A stretch of DNA of 64,000 nt from Candidatus Zixiibacteriota bacterium (GCA_037441845.1 JBBIRK010000003.1:192001-256000), one strand, 5' to 3'. Counted from the stretch's first letter, positions 19,948 through 29,903 are shown. Notes: generated by a model from the sequence alone, not told the origin. A program made the numbers and translations.

Positions 19948-21843
19948 ATGCCACGGCTTGAAAAATTGAAAGTGGTATTTTGGGCCTGTTTGATGGCGCT
20001 ATCGGCGGCGTTGCCCGGTTTCGATACTGCTTTGGCCGTCTCCATACCGCCAAATAGCTCAACGATAATGGGCATTGTCCGCTCCGAGACCGAGCCGATC
20101 CCCGGAGCGGAATTGACCATATGCGATACCCTGTCTTCCGTGTTATTGAATATTCGGGCGGATAACGCCGGTGAATTCAACGTTTCCCTGCCTGCCGGAA
20201 GATATTACCTGTCTGCTGAAGCGCCTGGCTATATCAAGCGATTTTACGACAATGCTTATCTTGCCGAAAATCGATCCTGCCTTGTCGTTTATCCCCAGCA
20301 AATTCTCGTCTTGAATCTCCAGCTCGAACGTGGGGGTTCGATTTCGGGAAGAATTCATTCCGAAGAAACGGCGGCGGTAGAATTTCTGATAAGCGCGGTG
20401 AAAATCGACGCCCCTTATGCGGGCTGGCGCAAGGATGAATATTTCTCGATAGCCGGTTCCGGCAATTATCTGATCGATGGGTTAATCCCCGGCCATTACA
20501 AAATTTTCGTGCGTGGCGCCGGTTACCTGACGGAGTTTTATCCCGATGCCCATTCGTTCGAAGCGGCCGGGATTATTCAGGTGTCTGCCGGTATGGTATC
20601 GTATGGAGTCGATTTTTCATTGATTCAACCCGGCAGCGGCATTTTGCGCGGTCGGGTGGTCGATATCGGCACGGGTTCGCCTCTTGGAAATATCAATCTT
20701 ATGGCCTATCAATGGGACCCAGATGGGGAGGACCCTTGCAAAGAGTTTACGTTTAGCGACCAGAACGGTTATTACGAGTTCGAATTGACCGCAGGTTCTT
20801 ACTATGTGATGGCCTCGATTAACGATTGCATGTTTCCGGCCGACTATTACCGCGTCTTTTATAATCACAGATACAGCCCTCAGTTGGCCGATTTGATACG
20901 TATCGATCCGGGCACTGTTACCGAGGGGATTAATCTCACCGTCAATTCGGATGTGAATCACCATCTTGAAATGTCGGGGATATTGACGGATAGAACCGGC
21001 CGGCGGGGGATAAGCGGCGCCTCGATCACGGCAATCGACGTTTTTACCGGTCACGCGATTTCCCGAGCAATCAGCCTTCCCAGCGGCGATTTCACGATCA
21101 AGAATTTGATCTCAGGCCACTATATCCTCGAAATTAGCGGACCGGGCTTGATTCCCAGCTACTGGCCGCAAGCCATAAGCTGGCAATCGGCGGACGTGTT
21201 GGAAATGGCTGGATCGAACCTTGAGCTTTACAATGGCGGCGCCATTACTCAGGATTACGGCACCCCCGGCATGCTGATCGCCGGCAAGGTCGTCGGTCCT
21301 TCCGGGCCGTTAGCCGGCGTACGTGTTTACGCGGTCTCGATAAGCTCCGATTTGATAAGCTATGCCGTTACCGATCAGGGCGGCAACTATTCGATCGCCT
21401 CAGGCCTTACGGAAGGTATCTACAGGGTATTTGCGGACCTATACGGCTACGTCGGCGCCTATTACAACGGAATTATAATCTTGGATTTATTGCAATCTCC
21501 ACGTCATGAAAATATCGATATCACTCTTTCGCCCGCGGTTCACTCGGTCCCAGACGATATTCCGGAAAAGCCGACCGCCTTTCGTTTGGCCGGAAACTAC
21601 CCCAATCCGTTCAATTCAAGTACCTCGATAATGATTTACGCCGAGCGGGCAGGAATAGCGGAGTTGTCGGTATATGACATCGCCGGCCGCAAGGTCCGAA
21701 ACCTGAATAGCCGTTTGGACGCCGGTTTGAATGAAATATCATGGGATGGCAAAGACGAAAGCGGCGATAAGGTGGCGTCAGGCATATACTTCTACAAAGT
21801 CTCCGGAGACGATACAGCCAAAACCATGCTGTTGCTCAAATAG
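19948..21843 (+). CDS. Secreted protein with carboxypeptidase-regulatory-like repeats and FlgD-Ig/Por secretion tail
   Basis: Signal peptide, repeated G-x-I-x-G-x-V beta-sandwich units, NYPNPFNS..WDGKD..GIYFY..MLLLK tail; start 19948 preferred because a promoter-like TTGAAT-N16-TATATT lies at 19907-19934. Confidence 0.75.
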   Translation: MPRLEKLKVVFWACLMALSAALPGFDTALAVSIPPNSSTIMGIVRSETEPIPGAELTICDTLSSVLLNIRADNAGEFNVSLPAGRYYLSAEAPGYIKRFYDNAYLAENRSCLVVYPQQILVLNLQLERGGSISGRIHSEETAAVEFLISAVKIDAPYAGWRKDEYFSIAGSGNYLIDGLIPGHYKIFVRGAGYLTEFYPDAHSFEAAGIIQVSAGMVSYGVDFSLIQPGSGILRGRVVDIGTGSPLGNINLMAYQWDPDGEDPCKEFTFSDQNGYYEFELTAGSYYVMASINDCMFPADYYRVFYNHRYSPQLADLIRIDPGTVTEGINLTVNSDVNHHLEMSGILTDRTGRRGISGASITAIDVFTGHAISRAISLPSGDFTIKNLISGHYILEISGPGLIPSYWPQAISWQSADVLEMAGSNLELYNGGAITQDYGTPGMLIAGKVVGPSGPLAGVRVYAVSISSDLISYAVTDQGGNYSIASGLTEGIYRVFADLYGYVGAYYNGIIILDLLQSPRHENIDITLSPAVHSVPDDIPEKPTAFRLAGNYPNPFNSSTSIMIYAERAGIAELSVYDIAGRKVRNLNSRLDAGLNEISWDGKDESGDKVASGIYFYKVSGDDTAKTMLLLK

Positions 21844-22111
21844 GGGGTGCGCAAGTCGACGTCTGACAGGGGTTAGCCTCGTTCAGTGATAATCGGACAC
21901 AATTGCATTGCGAAGAATTGCAATCGACAGCGATTAAGATGCAAAACCTGGTAACCATGTGTCTAATCAGTCAACGCCGCAATGACTTGCATTGCCGGAT
22001 GAAAACCAAACCGATAAATCCCATATCGCCGTGATTGAACTTATTAGCAGGTAAAAGCTTAGGCGAATTTGGGCATATAATTTGCTTTACCTGCGGGTAG
22101 TTGTTTGACAA

Positions 22112-22933
22112 GTGAATAGATTCAGATTCATTAACGACCAAAGCCATTGCGGGCCGTGCAATATGGCGATCGACAACTTCCTGGCGAAATCTGTTTGCTT
22201 TTCCCCCTACACACTGATTCTCCGAACATATAAATGGTCCAACCCCGCGCTGAGTTGCGGCTACCACCAGAAAACCGAAACGAGAATCGATTTCGATTCC
22301 TGCTCCGAATACGGGGTCGAGGTCGTCAGAAGACCCACCGGAGGTCGAGAGTTGTTGCACGACGGCGATCTCAGCTTTAGTATTTCGATCAGAAAAGATC
22401 AAAACGGCACGACCGATGGCGAGTATTTCGGAATCGCCGCCGAGTTGATCGCAGGTTGTCTTGGGAGGTTCGGTCTTCGATGCGAAATCAAAGGCCGCGC
22501 CCGCAAGGGGCATTCAGTCATCTCGGGTCCCTGCATGATCTCCGCCTCAGAACGGGAAATCACGGTCGGCGGTAAAAAAATAGCCCCGATGGCGCAGAGG
22601 GTATTTCGTGATTCGATTCTAATCCATGGATCGATTCCCCTTGCGAAGTCATCGATACCGATTTCGAAATTGCTTATATCGAACGATCGCGAATTTCTCG
22701 AAAAAATGATTGAAAGAGGATCGACTGACTTGCAATCGGCTGCCGGGAGATTCATCACGCCGGATCTTCTGGCCGGCGCTCTCCGCGATACCTTTCGGCG
22801 GTCACTCGGTTGTGATGAGGACGAAACCCAAATCGCAGCCGACGAACTGACGATGGCTTTGGCGGATATTGAAAATTGGAAAATTGAGCAAGATAATAAA
22901 TTGAAAAATGCGGAGAAACGGGAGGTGATTTAG
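22112..22933 (+). CDS. Lipoate-protein ligase/octanoyltransferase (LplA/LipM family)
   Basis: NMAID, LRTYKW, VVRRPTGG, HGSI; GTG start. Confidence 0.85.
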   Translation: MNRFRFINDQSHCGPCNMAIDNFLAKSVCFSPYTLILRTYKWSNPALSCGYHQKTETRIDFDSCSEYGVEVVRRPTGGRELLHDGDLSFSISIRKDQNGTTDGEYFGIAAELIAGCLGRFGLRCEIKGRARKGHSVISGPCMISASEREITVGGKKIAPMAQRVFRDSILIHGSIPLAKSSIPISKLLISNDREFLEKMIERGSTDLQSAAGRFITPDLLAGALRDTFRRSLGCDEDETQIAADELTMALADIENWKIEQDNKLKNAEKREVI

Positions 22934-22987
22934 AACTAATTTTCGAATGCTACTGTTTTATTAATTTTAACCAAAGAGGAGTTCAAA

Positions 22988-24766
22988 ATGACCAAAAAAA
23001 TCTTAGTCTACACCCTGTTGGCGGTTTTTGTTATTTCCGCCGCGGCTTTTGGCACAACCGCCAAGACGATGCCGATCAGGAAAGACAGATTGATCATGGG
23101 CGATGAGCCGCTGCCGCCAGGTCCGGTCTATCCCTACTATCCGGGAACTATTACGAATTCGCCGGGTGTGGAAGTCGGCACTACCCATTACGATTATCAG
23201 ACGAACGGGTCATCCGGAAATAGAGTGGCTCTTTGTAATGATGGATCCAAGTACGTTCTCTGGATGAACGGATTGAATTACCCATCACCAAGGCACGTTT
23301 ATTTCAACTGGGTTGACAATCAGGGTAACTGGTACGGTGAAGGAGGCGGCCAAGTTAATAGGGATGTCGGCGCCGGATATTGCAATCTCGATATTATTTA
23401 CGGCAATCGCGCCGCCGCAGCTTACCATTCGGCTTCTGCGGGGAATCCTCCGACATATTCAACTTTGGCAATAGATAGCGATCCTCCGGGATTCGGTGTC
23501 TGGGCCTATTACAACCCGCCCGATTCGCTTTCCGGCAATCGCCGCACGTATTGGCCCTACATAGCTGTCGATAGAAACAACCGGATTCATTACGTAATGA
23601 CCGAAAGCACTCCGGCGGCCGGTGACCCACAGCGTTTCGTTTATACTCGTTCGACCAATGGCGGAACCACCTGGTCGCCCAATCCACCCGCATTTATCGA
23701 CACCGTGATGGTTATCGGCGGTGTCATCGATGCCTCGCCCGTTTCCGACAAGGTGGTCATTGCCTATCCCAAAACGCAGGACACCAGCACACAATGGTAT
23801 AACGACATCGTTTATATCCTTTCCAACGACGGCATCAACTGGAATTTCAACGACAAGGTCAATGTCACCAACTACAATACCGATAACGACTCTTTGTGGG
23901 CTTATACCGATTGCGACGTCATTTTCGACTACAACGACAATATCCACATAATCTGGACCGCCCAGTGGGTTACCTCCGAAGGTATCTATTATAAAACTTT
24001 CCTTTTGCATTACAACAGCGGAACCCAACAGATCCACCAAGTTTGCAATCCCTGGCCGGATTCGCTCTGGCTGGGCGGAGGCTGTGATTTTGGCGCCTGG
24101 AACAGGCCGATGTCGAAAATGAACCTGGGTGTTTACAGCGATGGCAGCCTTAACGGCATATTCGCCACCTGGACACAGTTCGACACCTCGGATTGCTCCG
24201 AGGGCGGCTATGCAAATGGCGAATTGTATATGGCTTATACCATTAATGGCGGCCAAACTTGGAGTGCGCCGGTGAATCTTACCAATTCGCACACCCCTGG
24301 CTGTTTCGCCGGTGAATGCGACAGCGATCACTGGTCAACTTTGGCCGACAAAGTCACCGACAGCCTGCGCATCATTTACATAAACGACAAAGACGCCGGC
24401 GGCATCCCGCAGACCGAGGGCTCCAATACCGAGAACCCGGTGATGTATCTTGCCTATCGCAATCCGCTATTAAGCTCGATTGAAAACGAAAGCGCCCGTC
24501 CGACCAATTTCTCTTTGGAGCAGAATTATCCCAATCCGTTCAACGCCAGAACGGTAATCGCGTTCCAGTTGAAAGAAGCAAGCCCGGTCAAGCTCGAGGT
24601 ATTCGATATCACCGGCGCCAGAGTGGAAACGCTTGTCGATAGAGAGTTATCCGCCGGTTCCCATCAGTTCATCTGGAACGCCTCCAAGGTGGCGTCAGGT
24701 GTCTATTACTACAAACTGACATCGGGCGACGTTTCGGAGACCAAACAGATGGTGCTGATGAAATAA
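22988..24766 (+). CDS. Secreted Asp-box (BNR) beta-propeller-like protein with Por secretion tail, paralog A
   Basis: Signal peptide; STNGGTTW, SNDGINW, TINGGQTW Asp-boxes; QNYPNPFNA..GVYYYKL..KQMVLMK. Confidence 0.78.
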   Translation: MTKKILVYTLLAVFVISAAAFGTTAKTMPIRKDRLIMGDEPLPPGPVYPYYPGTITNSPGVEVGTTHYDYQTNGSSGNRVALCNDGSKYVLWMNGLNYPSPRHVYFNWVDNQGNWYGEGGGQVNRDVGAGYCNLDIIYGNRAAAAYHSASAGNPPTYSTLAIDSDPPGFGVWAYYNPPDSLSGNRRTYWPYIAVDRNNRIHYVMTESTPAAGDPQRFVYTRSTNGGTTWSPNPPAFIDTVMVIGGVIDASPVSDKVVIAYPKTQDTSTQWYNDIVYILSNDGINWNFNDKVNVTNYNTDNDSLWAYTDCDVIFDYNDNIHIIWTAQWVTSEGIYYKTFLLHYNSGTQQIHQVCNPWPDSLWLGGGCDFGAWNRPMSKMNLGVYSDGSLNGIFATWTQFDTSDCSEGGYANGELYMAYTINGGQTWSAPVNLTNSHTPGCFAGECDSDHWSTLADKVTDSLRIIYINDKDAGGIPQTEGSNTENPVMYLAYRNPLLSSIENESARPTNFSLEQNYPNPFNARTVIAFQLKEASPVKLEVFDITGARVETLVDRELSAGSHQFIWNASKVASGVYYYKLTSGDVSETKQMVLMK

Positions 24767-24797
24767 GTATCGCGGGTTACGGAATTCCTTGGATATT

Positions 24798-24831
24798 ACG
24801 GCGGTCGGCTCTCAGCCGGCCGTCGTTTTTT
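24798..24831 (+). terminator. Intrinsic terminator
   Basis: ACGGCGGTCGGCT-CTC-AGCCGGCCGTCGT 13-bp stem followed by T run. Confidence 0.85.
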
Positions 24832-24891
24832 ATTTACCTTATTCTGCATATAGTCGCTCCCCGGCCGGGAGGTACTAACGAAAAATCTTTG

Positions 24892-24920
24892 TTGCTCAAT
24901 ATCGTGACCCTCATTATAAT
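24892..24920 (+). promoter_or_regulatory. Putative sigma70 promoter of the DUF2130-like gene
   Basis: TTGCTC-N17-TATAAT. Confidence 0.55.
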
Positions 24921-25080
24921 ATACACAGAACAGTCGTTTTTTATTGACAAGGACAAGACTTATTCGTTCGAGAGGGCCTTAGGGCGATTAGTATGCGGAT
25001 AATCGCCTATAGTCGGCCGCAAAGGTCACTGAATGGTCTATTTCAGCGTCATGGGAAAATACGAAAAATAGGGGGTGTTA

Positions 25081-26055
25081 ATGACCGTCTATCGTTGTCC
25101 TGTTTGCAAAAAGGTGTTAACGAAAACCGAATACGATTCCGCTCTCGGAATCCTTGAAGAGCAGAAATTGCATCTTAAACGCGAGCTTGCTAAACTCGAA
25201 CAGGAAAAAGCGCAGTTCCGGCGGCAAAAAGCAGCATTGCTGGCGAAAGTGAAATCGGCTAAGCGCGAAGGAATCGACGAAGGACGACGGAAGGAAAGAG
25301 AGCGCGCGGAACGCCTTTTCAAGGGAAAGGATAAGGAAATTGAGAAGCTGAAGGAGCGCATTCAACAGCTTCAAAGAGGCACGACGCCGCAAACCGAAGG
25401 GCTGGAGTTCGAGGAGACCCTTGCCGACCGCTTGCAGAACGAGTTTCCCACCGATGGAATTCAGCATGAGGGCAAAAACGGAGACATTCTTCATTTTGTC
25501 ATGTTTCATGGCAAACGAGCTGGCGTGATTATTTACGAATGTAAACGCACGCCGAGAATATCCTCGGCCCATATCGGGCAAGTCCTAAGAGCCAAGCGAC
25601 AGCGTGAGGCTGATTTCGCAGTCTTGGTCACGACCGGCCGGCGGAAGGATTTTGCGGGTTTGGCGCAGGATAACGGTGTCTTGATAGTATCACCTTTGGG
25701 GGTCGTACCACTTGTTTCCTTGCTGCGCGGGCATCTTATTGAAATGCTCAGGGCCAAAATAACCAAAGAAGATAGATTGCAAATCGCTCAGAAATTATTG
25801 GATCATATAACCAGCCCGCAGTTCAAGAACCCTATCGAAGAGATTGTCGAGAAAGCAAATCATCTGCAGGCCATGCTTGAAGACGAGGCAAAGCAACATT
25901 TCCGAACCCGGGAAACCCGTTGGAATCATTACCAGAGAATAAGCTGGGACAGCTCTCAGATACAAGCCAATCTGCAACTCGTTCTGCAAGGCAAGGAGCC
26001 CAAACCGCTGACTTATGTGAAGCTCAAGCCGTTGCAGTTGCCGCCGCCCTCATGA
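25081..26055 (+). CDS. DUF2130-like coiled-coil protein with PD-(D/E)xK nuclease-like domain
   Basis: N-terminal CPVC, long coiled coil, EGLEFEETL..FPTD..GD..GVIIYECKRT..ADFAVLVT. Confidence 0.7.
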   Translation: MTVYRCPVCKKVLTKTEYDSALGILEEQKLHLKRELAKLEQEKAQFRRQKAALLAKVKSAKREGIDEGRRKERERAERLFKGKDKEIEKLKERIQQLQRGTTPQTEGLEFEETLADRLQNEFPTDGIQHEGKNGDILHFVMFHGKRAGVIIYECKRTPRISSAHIGQVLRAKRQREADFAVLVTTGRRKDFAGLAQDNGVLIVSPLGVVPLVSLLRGHLIEMLRAKITKEDRLQIAQKLLDHITSPQFKNPIEEIVEKANHLQAMLEDEAKQHFRTRETRWNHYQRISWDSSQIQANLQLVLQGKEPKPLTYVKLKPLQLPPPS

Positions 26056-26176
26056 TGGGAGCAAAATTTGTTTAAGGAGAAGAGGCAGAAATATTGAAAC
26101 GGATTAAGGGTGATTTCGGATAATTGAGGTGGAATCGTTTAATCAACGGATCAATGGACGATTAAGGGAGGATATT

Positions 26177-27937
26177 ATGAAAACCGCTATACTTTGCCTG
26201 GCTTGGCTGATTATCTTGACCCTGGCCGCGGTGGTGTCAGGTGAGGTTGTCACCACCAGATCGGTCGAAAACGATCGGCTGATCACCGGCGAGGAGCAAA
26301 TACCGATTATGAACCCTATACCGTATCGCCCGAATGCGGCGACCGAATCGCCGGGGATCATAGTAGGCACGACTTTTTATGATTACCAGACAAATGCATC
26401 CACAGGCAGAAGAATCGCCTATTCACCGGATCATCGGGCGCAGATGACTTGGATGAATGGATTGAATTGGCCGACGCCGCGCTCCATTTATTACAATTGG
26501 GTCGATACCAACGGCAACGTTTATGAACCGAATGGAGGTTGTCAGATTAGCGGCGCTACCGGGGGATACCCACAGTTTTCGTTGTATCAATCTATCAGAG
26601 GAATGATTGGCTATCATCAAGCGGGCGGGACGCCGCCGCCATATGTCATGTTCGCCTATGAAGGCGATCCGGTCGGAGAATGCATTTGGACTTACTCGAA
26701 TCCTCCCGACTCGTTTCCTGGGGCGGCGCGCCTGTATTGGCCATATTTCGATGTCGATCAGCGCGGGTGGATCCATCTGGTGGCATCGGAAAATACGACG
26801 ACTCGTCAAAGGTTTTTCTACACTCGTTCCACCAACGGCGGCAATAGCTGGACAACGCTTCAATTCGTAGACAGCATAGAGGTGATTTCCGCCGTGGTCG
26901 ATGCCTCGCCGGTTTCCGGCAAGGTGGTGATCGCCTATCACCAACCGGGATCGGTGCGCACCAATATTTACAACGAAATCGTCTATGTTCAAACCACAGA
27001 CGGAGTCAACTGGAATTTCGGTCATCCCACCTACGTGACCAACTACCGCAATGACAACGATTCGATGTGGGCATATTGCGACCTCGATTTGCTGATCGAT
27101 TACAACGACAATATCAATATCGCCTGGACCGCGTTTTGGTGCCCCGATTCGGCTCATCTGTATTGGCCGTCGCATCTGTACCATTACAACAGCGGAACCG
27201 GTCAGATCAACCTCGTCCGCCCGCCTTGGCCGGAATCATCGAGCTGGTATTCGAACTGCGATCCCGGCGGCTGGAATATGCCGATTTGCAAGATGAGCAT
27301 GGGCGTAAATCAAATTTCCGGTTGCCTGTTCATGATCTGGACGCAATTCGATACCTCGGATTGTTCCGAGGGAGGCTATGCCAACGGCGAAATTTACAGC
27401 TCGTCTTCGTGTGACAACGGCCAGCATTGGCTACCTGTGCCTATCAACCTCACCAATTCCCATACGCCGGGTTGTTTTGCGGGCGATTGCGAAAGCGACC
27501 ATTGGGCCTCAATCGCCCGCGAGGTAACTCCCGAGATGTATTCGCATATATTATATATCAACGACAAGGACGCCGGTGGAATTCCGCAAACCGAAGGAAG
27601 TCCGACCGAGAATCCGGTGAAATATCTGAAAGTGGAGATACCCACCGGCATCGAGGAGAATATCCACAGGCCGCATGCCTTCACTCTCGAGCAGAATTAT
27701 CCGAATCCTTTCAACTCGAAGACGTTGATTTCGTTTGAGCTTAAAAAACGCTCGATCGCTAAAATGGAAGTAATCGACGTTACAGGCGGGATAGTGGCTG
27801 TTCTTCTGAATCGCGAGCTGGCTGCCGGCCGACATGAAGTGATATTCGATGCCGGCAAACTGGCCTCGGGGATTTATTACTATAAGCTTACGGCCGACGG
27901 CGAAATTCAGACCAAGAAAATGGTGCTCGTGAAATAG
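26177..27937 (+). CDS. Secreted Asp-box beta-propeller-like protein with Por secretion tail, paralog B
   Basis: SD GGAGG, signal peptide, collinear with paralog A (WTQFDTSDCSEGGYANGE, NLTNSHTPGCFAG, YINDKDAGGIPQTEG). Confidence 0.78.
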   Translation: MKTAILCLAWLIILTLAAVVSGEVVTTRSVENDRLITGEEQIPIMNPIPYRPNAATESPGIIVGTTFYDYQTNASTGRRIAYSPDHRAQMTWMNGLNWPTPRSIYYNWVDTNGNVYEPNGGCQISGATGGYPQFSLYQSIRGMIGYHQAGGTPPPYVMFAYEGDPVGECIWTYSNPPDSFPGAARLYWPYFDVDQRGWIHLVASENTTTRQRFFYTRSTNGGNSWTTLQFVDSIEVISAVVDASPVSGKVVIAYHQPGSVRTNIYNEIVYVQTTDGVNWNFGHPTYVTNYRNDNDSMWAYCDLDLLIDYNDNINIAWTAFWCPDSAHLYWPSHLYHYNSGTGQINLVRPPWPESSSWYSNCDPGGWNMPICKMSMGVNQISGCLFMIWTQFDTSDCSEGGYANGEIYSSSSCDNGQHWLPVPINLTNSHTPGCFAGDCESDHWASIAREVTPEMYSHILYINDKDAGGIPQTEGSPTENPVKYLKVEIPTGIEENIHRPHAFTLEQNYPNPFNSKTLISFELKKRSIAKMEVIDVTGGIVAVLLNRELAAGRHEVIFDAGKLASGIYYYKLTADGEIQTKKMVLVK

Positions 27938-27967
27938 CGTCGAGCCTAATTTGTACAAACGATTTCT

Positions 27968-28003
27968 ACGGCAGTGACGGATATGCCGTCACTGTCGTTT
28001 TTT
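27968..28003 (+). terminator. Intrinsic terminator
   Basis: ACGGCAGTGACGG-ATATG-CCGTCACTGTCGT 13-bp stem followed by T run. Confidence 0.85.
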
Positions 28004-28073
28004 GTTCCTATGATTGTATCAAGTTAATAACAACCATTAACTTAATTATTCCGTTGATTCGCTTCCAAACCCC

Positions 28074-28101
28074 TAAATCCCACGGTTGAATCGGCCGATA
28101 T
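28074..28101 (+). promoter_or_regulatory. Sigma28 (FliA) promoter of motAB
   Basis: TAAA-N16-GCCGATAT, 27 nt upstream of the motA ATG. Confidence 0.8.
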
Positions 28102-28128
28102 TAAAATTGGGCAAAGAGTTAGGGATAT

Positions 28129-28890
28129 ATGGATATCGCCACTATTGGAGGACTGATTGTCGGCGTGGGAGCCGTTATCGTCGCTTTCCTTATGGAAGGC
28201 GGACGGCTTTCGGCGCTGTTCCACATACCGGCGATGGTGCTGGTGATTTTCGGCACTATCGGCGCCGCCACGATCACTACCTCGATCCGAACACTTTCGA
28301 ACGTGCCGACTTTGTTAAGGATCGCCTTCTCCCGTCAGTATCTGGACACTATGGCTCTGATAGATCAGATCGTGAGTCTTGCCGAAAAGGCGCGTCGCGA
28401 AGGAATCCTCGGTCTCGAAAAGCATCTCGACAGCATAGCCAATCCTTTTTTCCGTAAGGCCGTTCAATTGGTTATCGACGGCACTGAGGTCACCCAGCTG
28501 CGCAATATCATGGAAACCGAAATCGCCTACATGAGCGAAAGGCATAAGACGGGAATCTTGTTTTTCCAAAAGCTTGGCGGATTCTCACCGACCCTCGGGA
28601 TAATCGGCACCGTTCTTGGATTGATTCACGCCTTATCGCGGGTCGATGAAGCCTCCAAGATCGCCGGGGCTATCGCCGGCGCCTTTATCGCCACGCTCTG
28701 GGGAATAGCGCTGGCCAATCTCTGTTACCTTCCGATAAGCGATAAGCTGCGATTCCGTCATCAACAAGAATCTCGTCAGCACGAATTGATTCTCGAGGGA
28801 ATGGTATCGCTGCAATCGGGAGAGAATCCACGAGTGATCAGAAACAAACTTTTGACTTATATAAATCCCAAACTGCGTAATCAGGATTAA
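28129..28890 (+). CDS. motA: Flagellar stator MotA
   Basis: TM helices, ARREGILGLE, PTLGIIGTVLGLI, AFIATLWG. Confidence 0.95.
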   Translation: MDIATIGGLIVGVGAVIVAFLMEGGRLSALFHIPAMVLVIFGTIGAATITTSIRTLSNVPTLLRIAFSRQYLDTMALIDQIVSLAEKARREGILGLEKHLDSIANPFFRKAVQLVIDGTEVTQLRNIMETEIAYMSERHKTGILFFQKLGGFSPTLGIIGTVLGLIHALSRVDEASKIAGAIAGAFIATLWGIALANLCYLPISDKLRFRHQQESRQHELILEGMVSLQSGENPRVIRNKLLTYINPKLRNQD

Positions 28891-28893
28891 GCG

Positions 28894-29673
28894 ATGTCGC
28901 TTTTGTTCCGAAAACGCCATGACGATTCGGACAACGAAAACCTCGACCGCTGGCTTCTCACCTATGCGGATATGATCACGCTGCTTTTGGCCTTTTTCGT
29001 GGTGATGTATTCGATCTCGCAGGTCGACAGCGCTAAATTCCGGAAGGTCACCGAGGCTCTCACAGCGGCACTCGACGGCAACCCGCGCGTAAGGCGCGCC
29101 TCACCCGGCGATCTCGAGGGCGGCGGATTGCTCAAAAAACAAAAGACGCTTGAACAGCTGCTGAATCTGCAAAAAGAAATAGGGGCGATTTCCCGATTGC
29201 TGAATCTCGATCTGCAGATCAGCACCGAACTGCAGCATCGCGGACTGGTGATTCATATCAGTGAATCGGCCTTCTTCGATCTCGGAAAAGCCGATTTGAA
29301 GCCCGAGGCGACCAGAGTCCTCGACCTGCTGGCGGTGGAACTGTTGAAAATCCCCAACCATATCAGGGTCGAGGGCCATACCGATAACCTGCCGATCAAG
29401 ACCGCCCGGTTTCCATCGAATTGGGAGCTTTCGACTGCCAGAGCCGCCAGCTGTCTGCGTTACCTCGTGGAAAAGCATCATTTCCCGCCCGATAGAATTT
29501 CAGCGTTGGGTTATGCCGAATATCGCCCTATCGCCCCCAACACCACAGTCGAGGGGCGCAACCGCAACCGCCGGGTCGATATAGTGGTGTTGACTCCCGA
29601 GGATATTATAATAGAGCCGGTGGATCAAACGGCGCCGAAGAAACCAGACAGCCTCAGCGGGATATCTAGTTAA
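28894..29673 (+). CDS. motB: Flagellar stator MotB
   Basis: WLLTYADMITLLLAFFVVMY (Val at D+11, as in H+-type stators); OmpA-like EGHTD, NWELS, NRRVDI. Confidence 0.95.
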   Translation: MSLLFRKRHDDSDNENLDRWLLTYADMITLLLAFFVVMYSISQVDSAKFRKVTEALTAALDGNPRVRRASPGDLEGGGLLKKQKTLEQLLNLQKEIGAISRLLNLDLQISTELQHRGLVIHISESAFFDLGKADLKPEATRVLDLLAVELLKIPNHIRVEGHTDNLPIKTARFPSNWELSTARAASCLRYLVEKHHFPPDRISALGYAEYRPIAPNTTVEGRNRNRRVDIVVLTPEDIIIEPVDQTAPKKPDSLSGISS

Positions 29674-29733
29674 ACCGCCGATACCCATTCCTTATTATTA
29701 TTGGTTCAGCTTTTTTAAACCGCCATGAGGGTG

Positions 29734-29767
29734 GGCGAATTTTGCCGCGGCCATGGAAATTATTTCC
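29734..29767. promoter_or_regulatory. Tandem 13-bp palindromes, putative activator enhancer
   Basis: GGCGAATTTTGCC (29734) and GGAAATTATTTCC (29755), 21 bp apart, upstream of a sigma54 promoter. Confidence 0.55.
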
Positions 29768-29864
29768 CGGCTCGGCCTGCGTCTTTTTTCCGGGGGCATT
29801 TCATCATCAGGGGAAGTTATTCGTTTGCAATCGATTAGAAGAAATGCCGGGGATATTCGCAGGG

Positions 29865-29880
29865 TGGCACAACGATTGCA
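29865..29880 (+). promoter_or_regulatory. Sigma54 -24/-12 promoter of flgB operon
   Basis: TGGCACAACGATTGCA (GG-N10-GC). Confidence 0.88.
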
Positions 29881-29903
29881 TTCAAGTTTTCGCGGGTGAA
29901 AGT

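Noticed and set aside
26083..26098. AGGCAGAAATATTGAA, possible sigma54 promoter for paralog B
   Set aside because: -12 dinucleotide is GA rather than GC and the -24 context is weak
23459..27184. Similar antisense ORFs in both paralogs
   Set aside because: Similarity mirrors sense-strand paralogy
29671..29684. TAAA..GCCGATAC sigma28-like sequence after motB
   Set aside because: Elements only 2 nt apart; no -35 at proper spacing
29742..29903. N-terminal extension of FlgB in the ORF track
   Set aside because: Spans the enhancer and sigma54 promoter; ATG 29904 fits. Track starts at 44152, 14585, 5938 and 52621 were rejected for overlapping promoters or upstream genes
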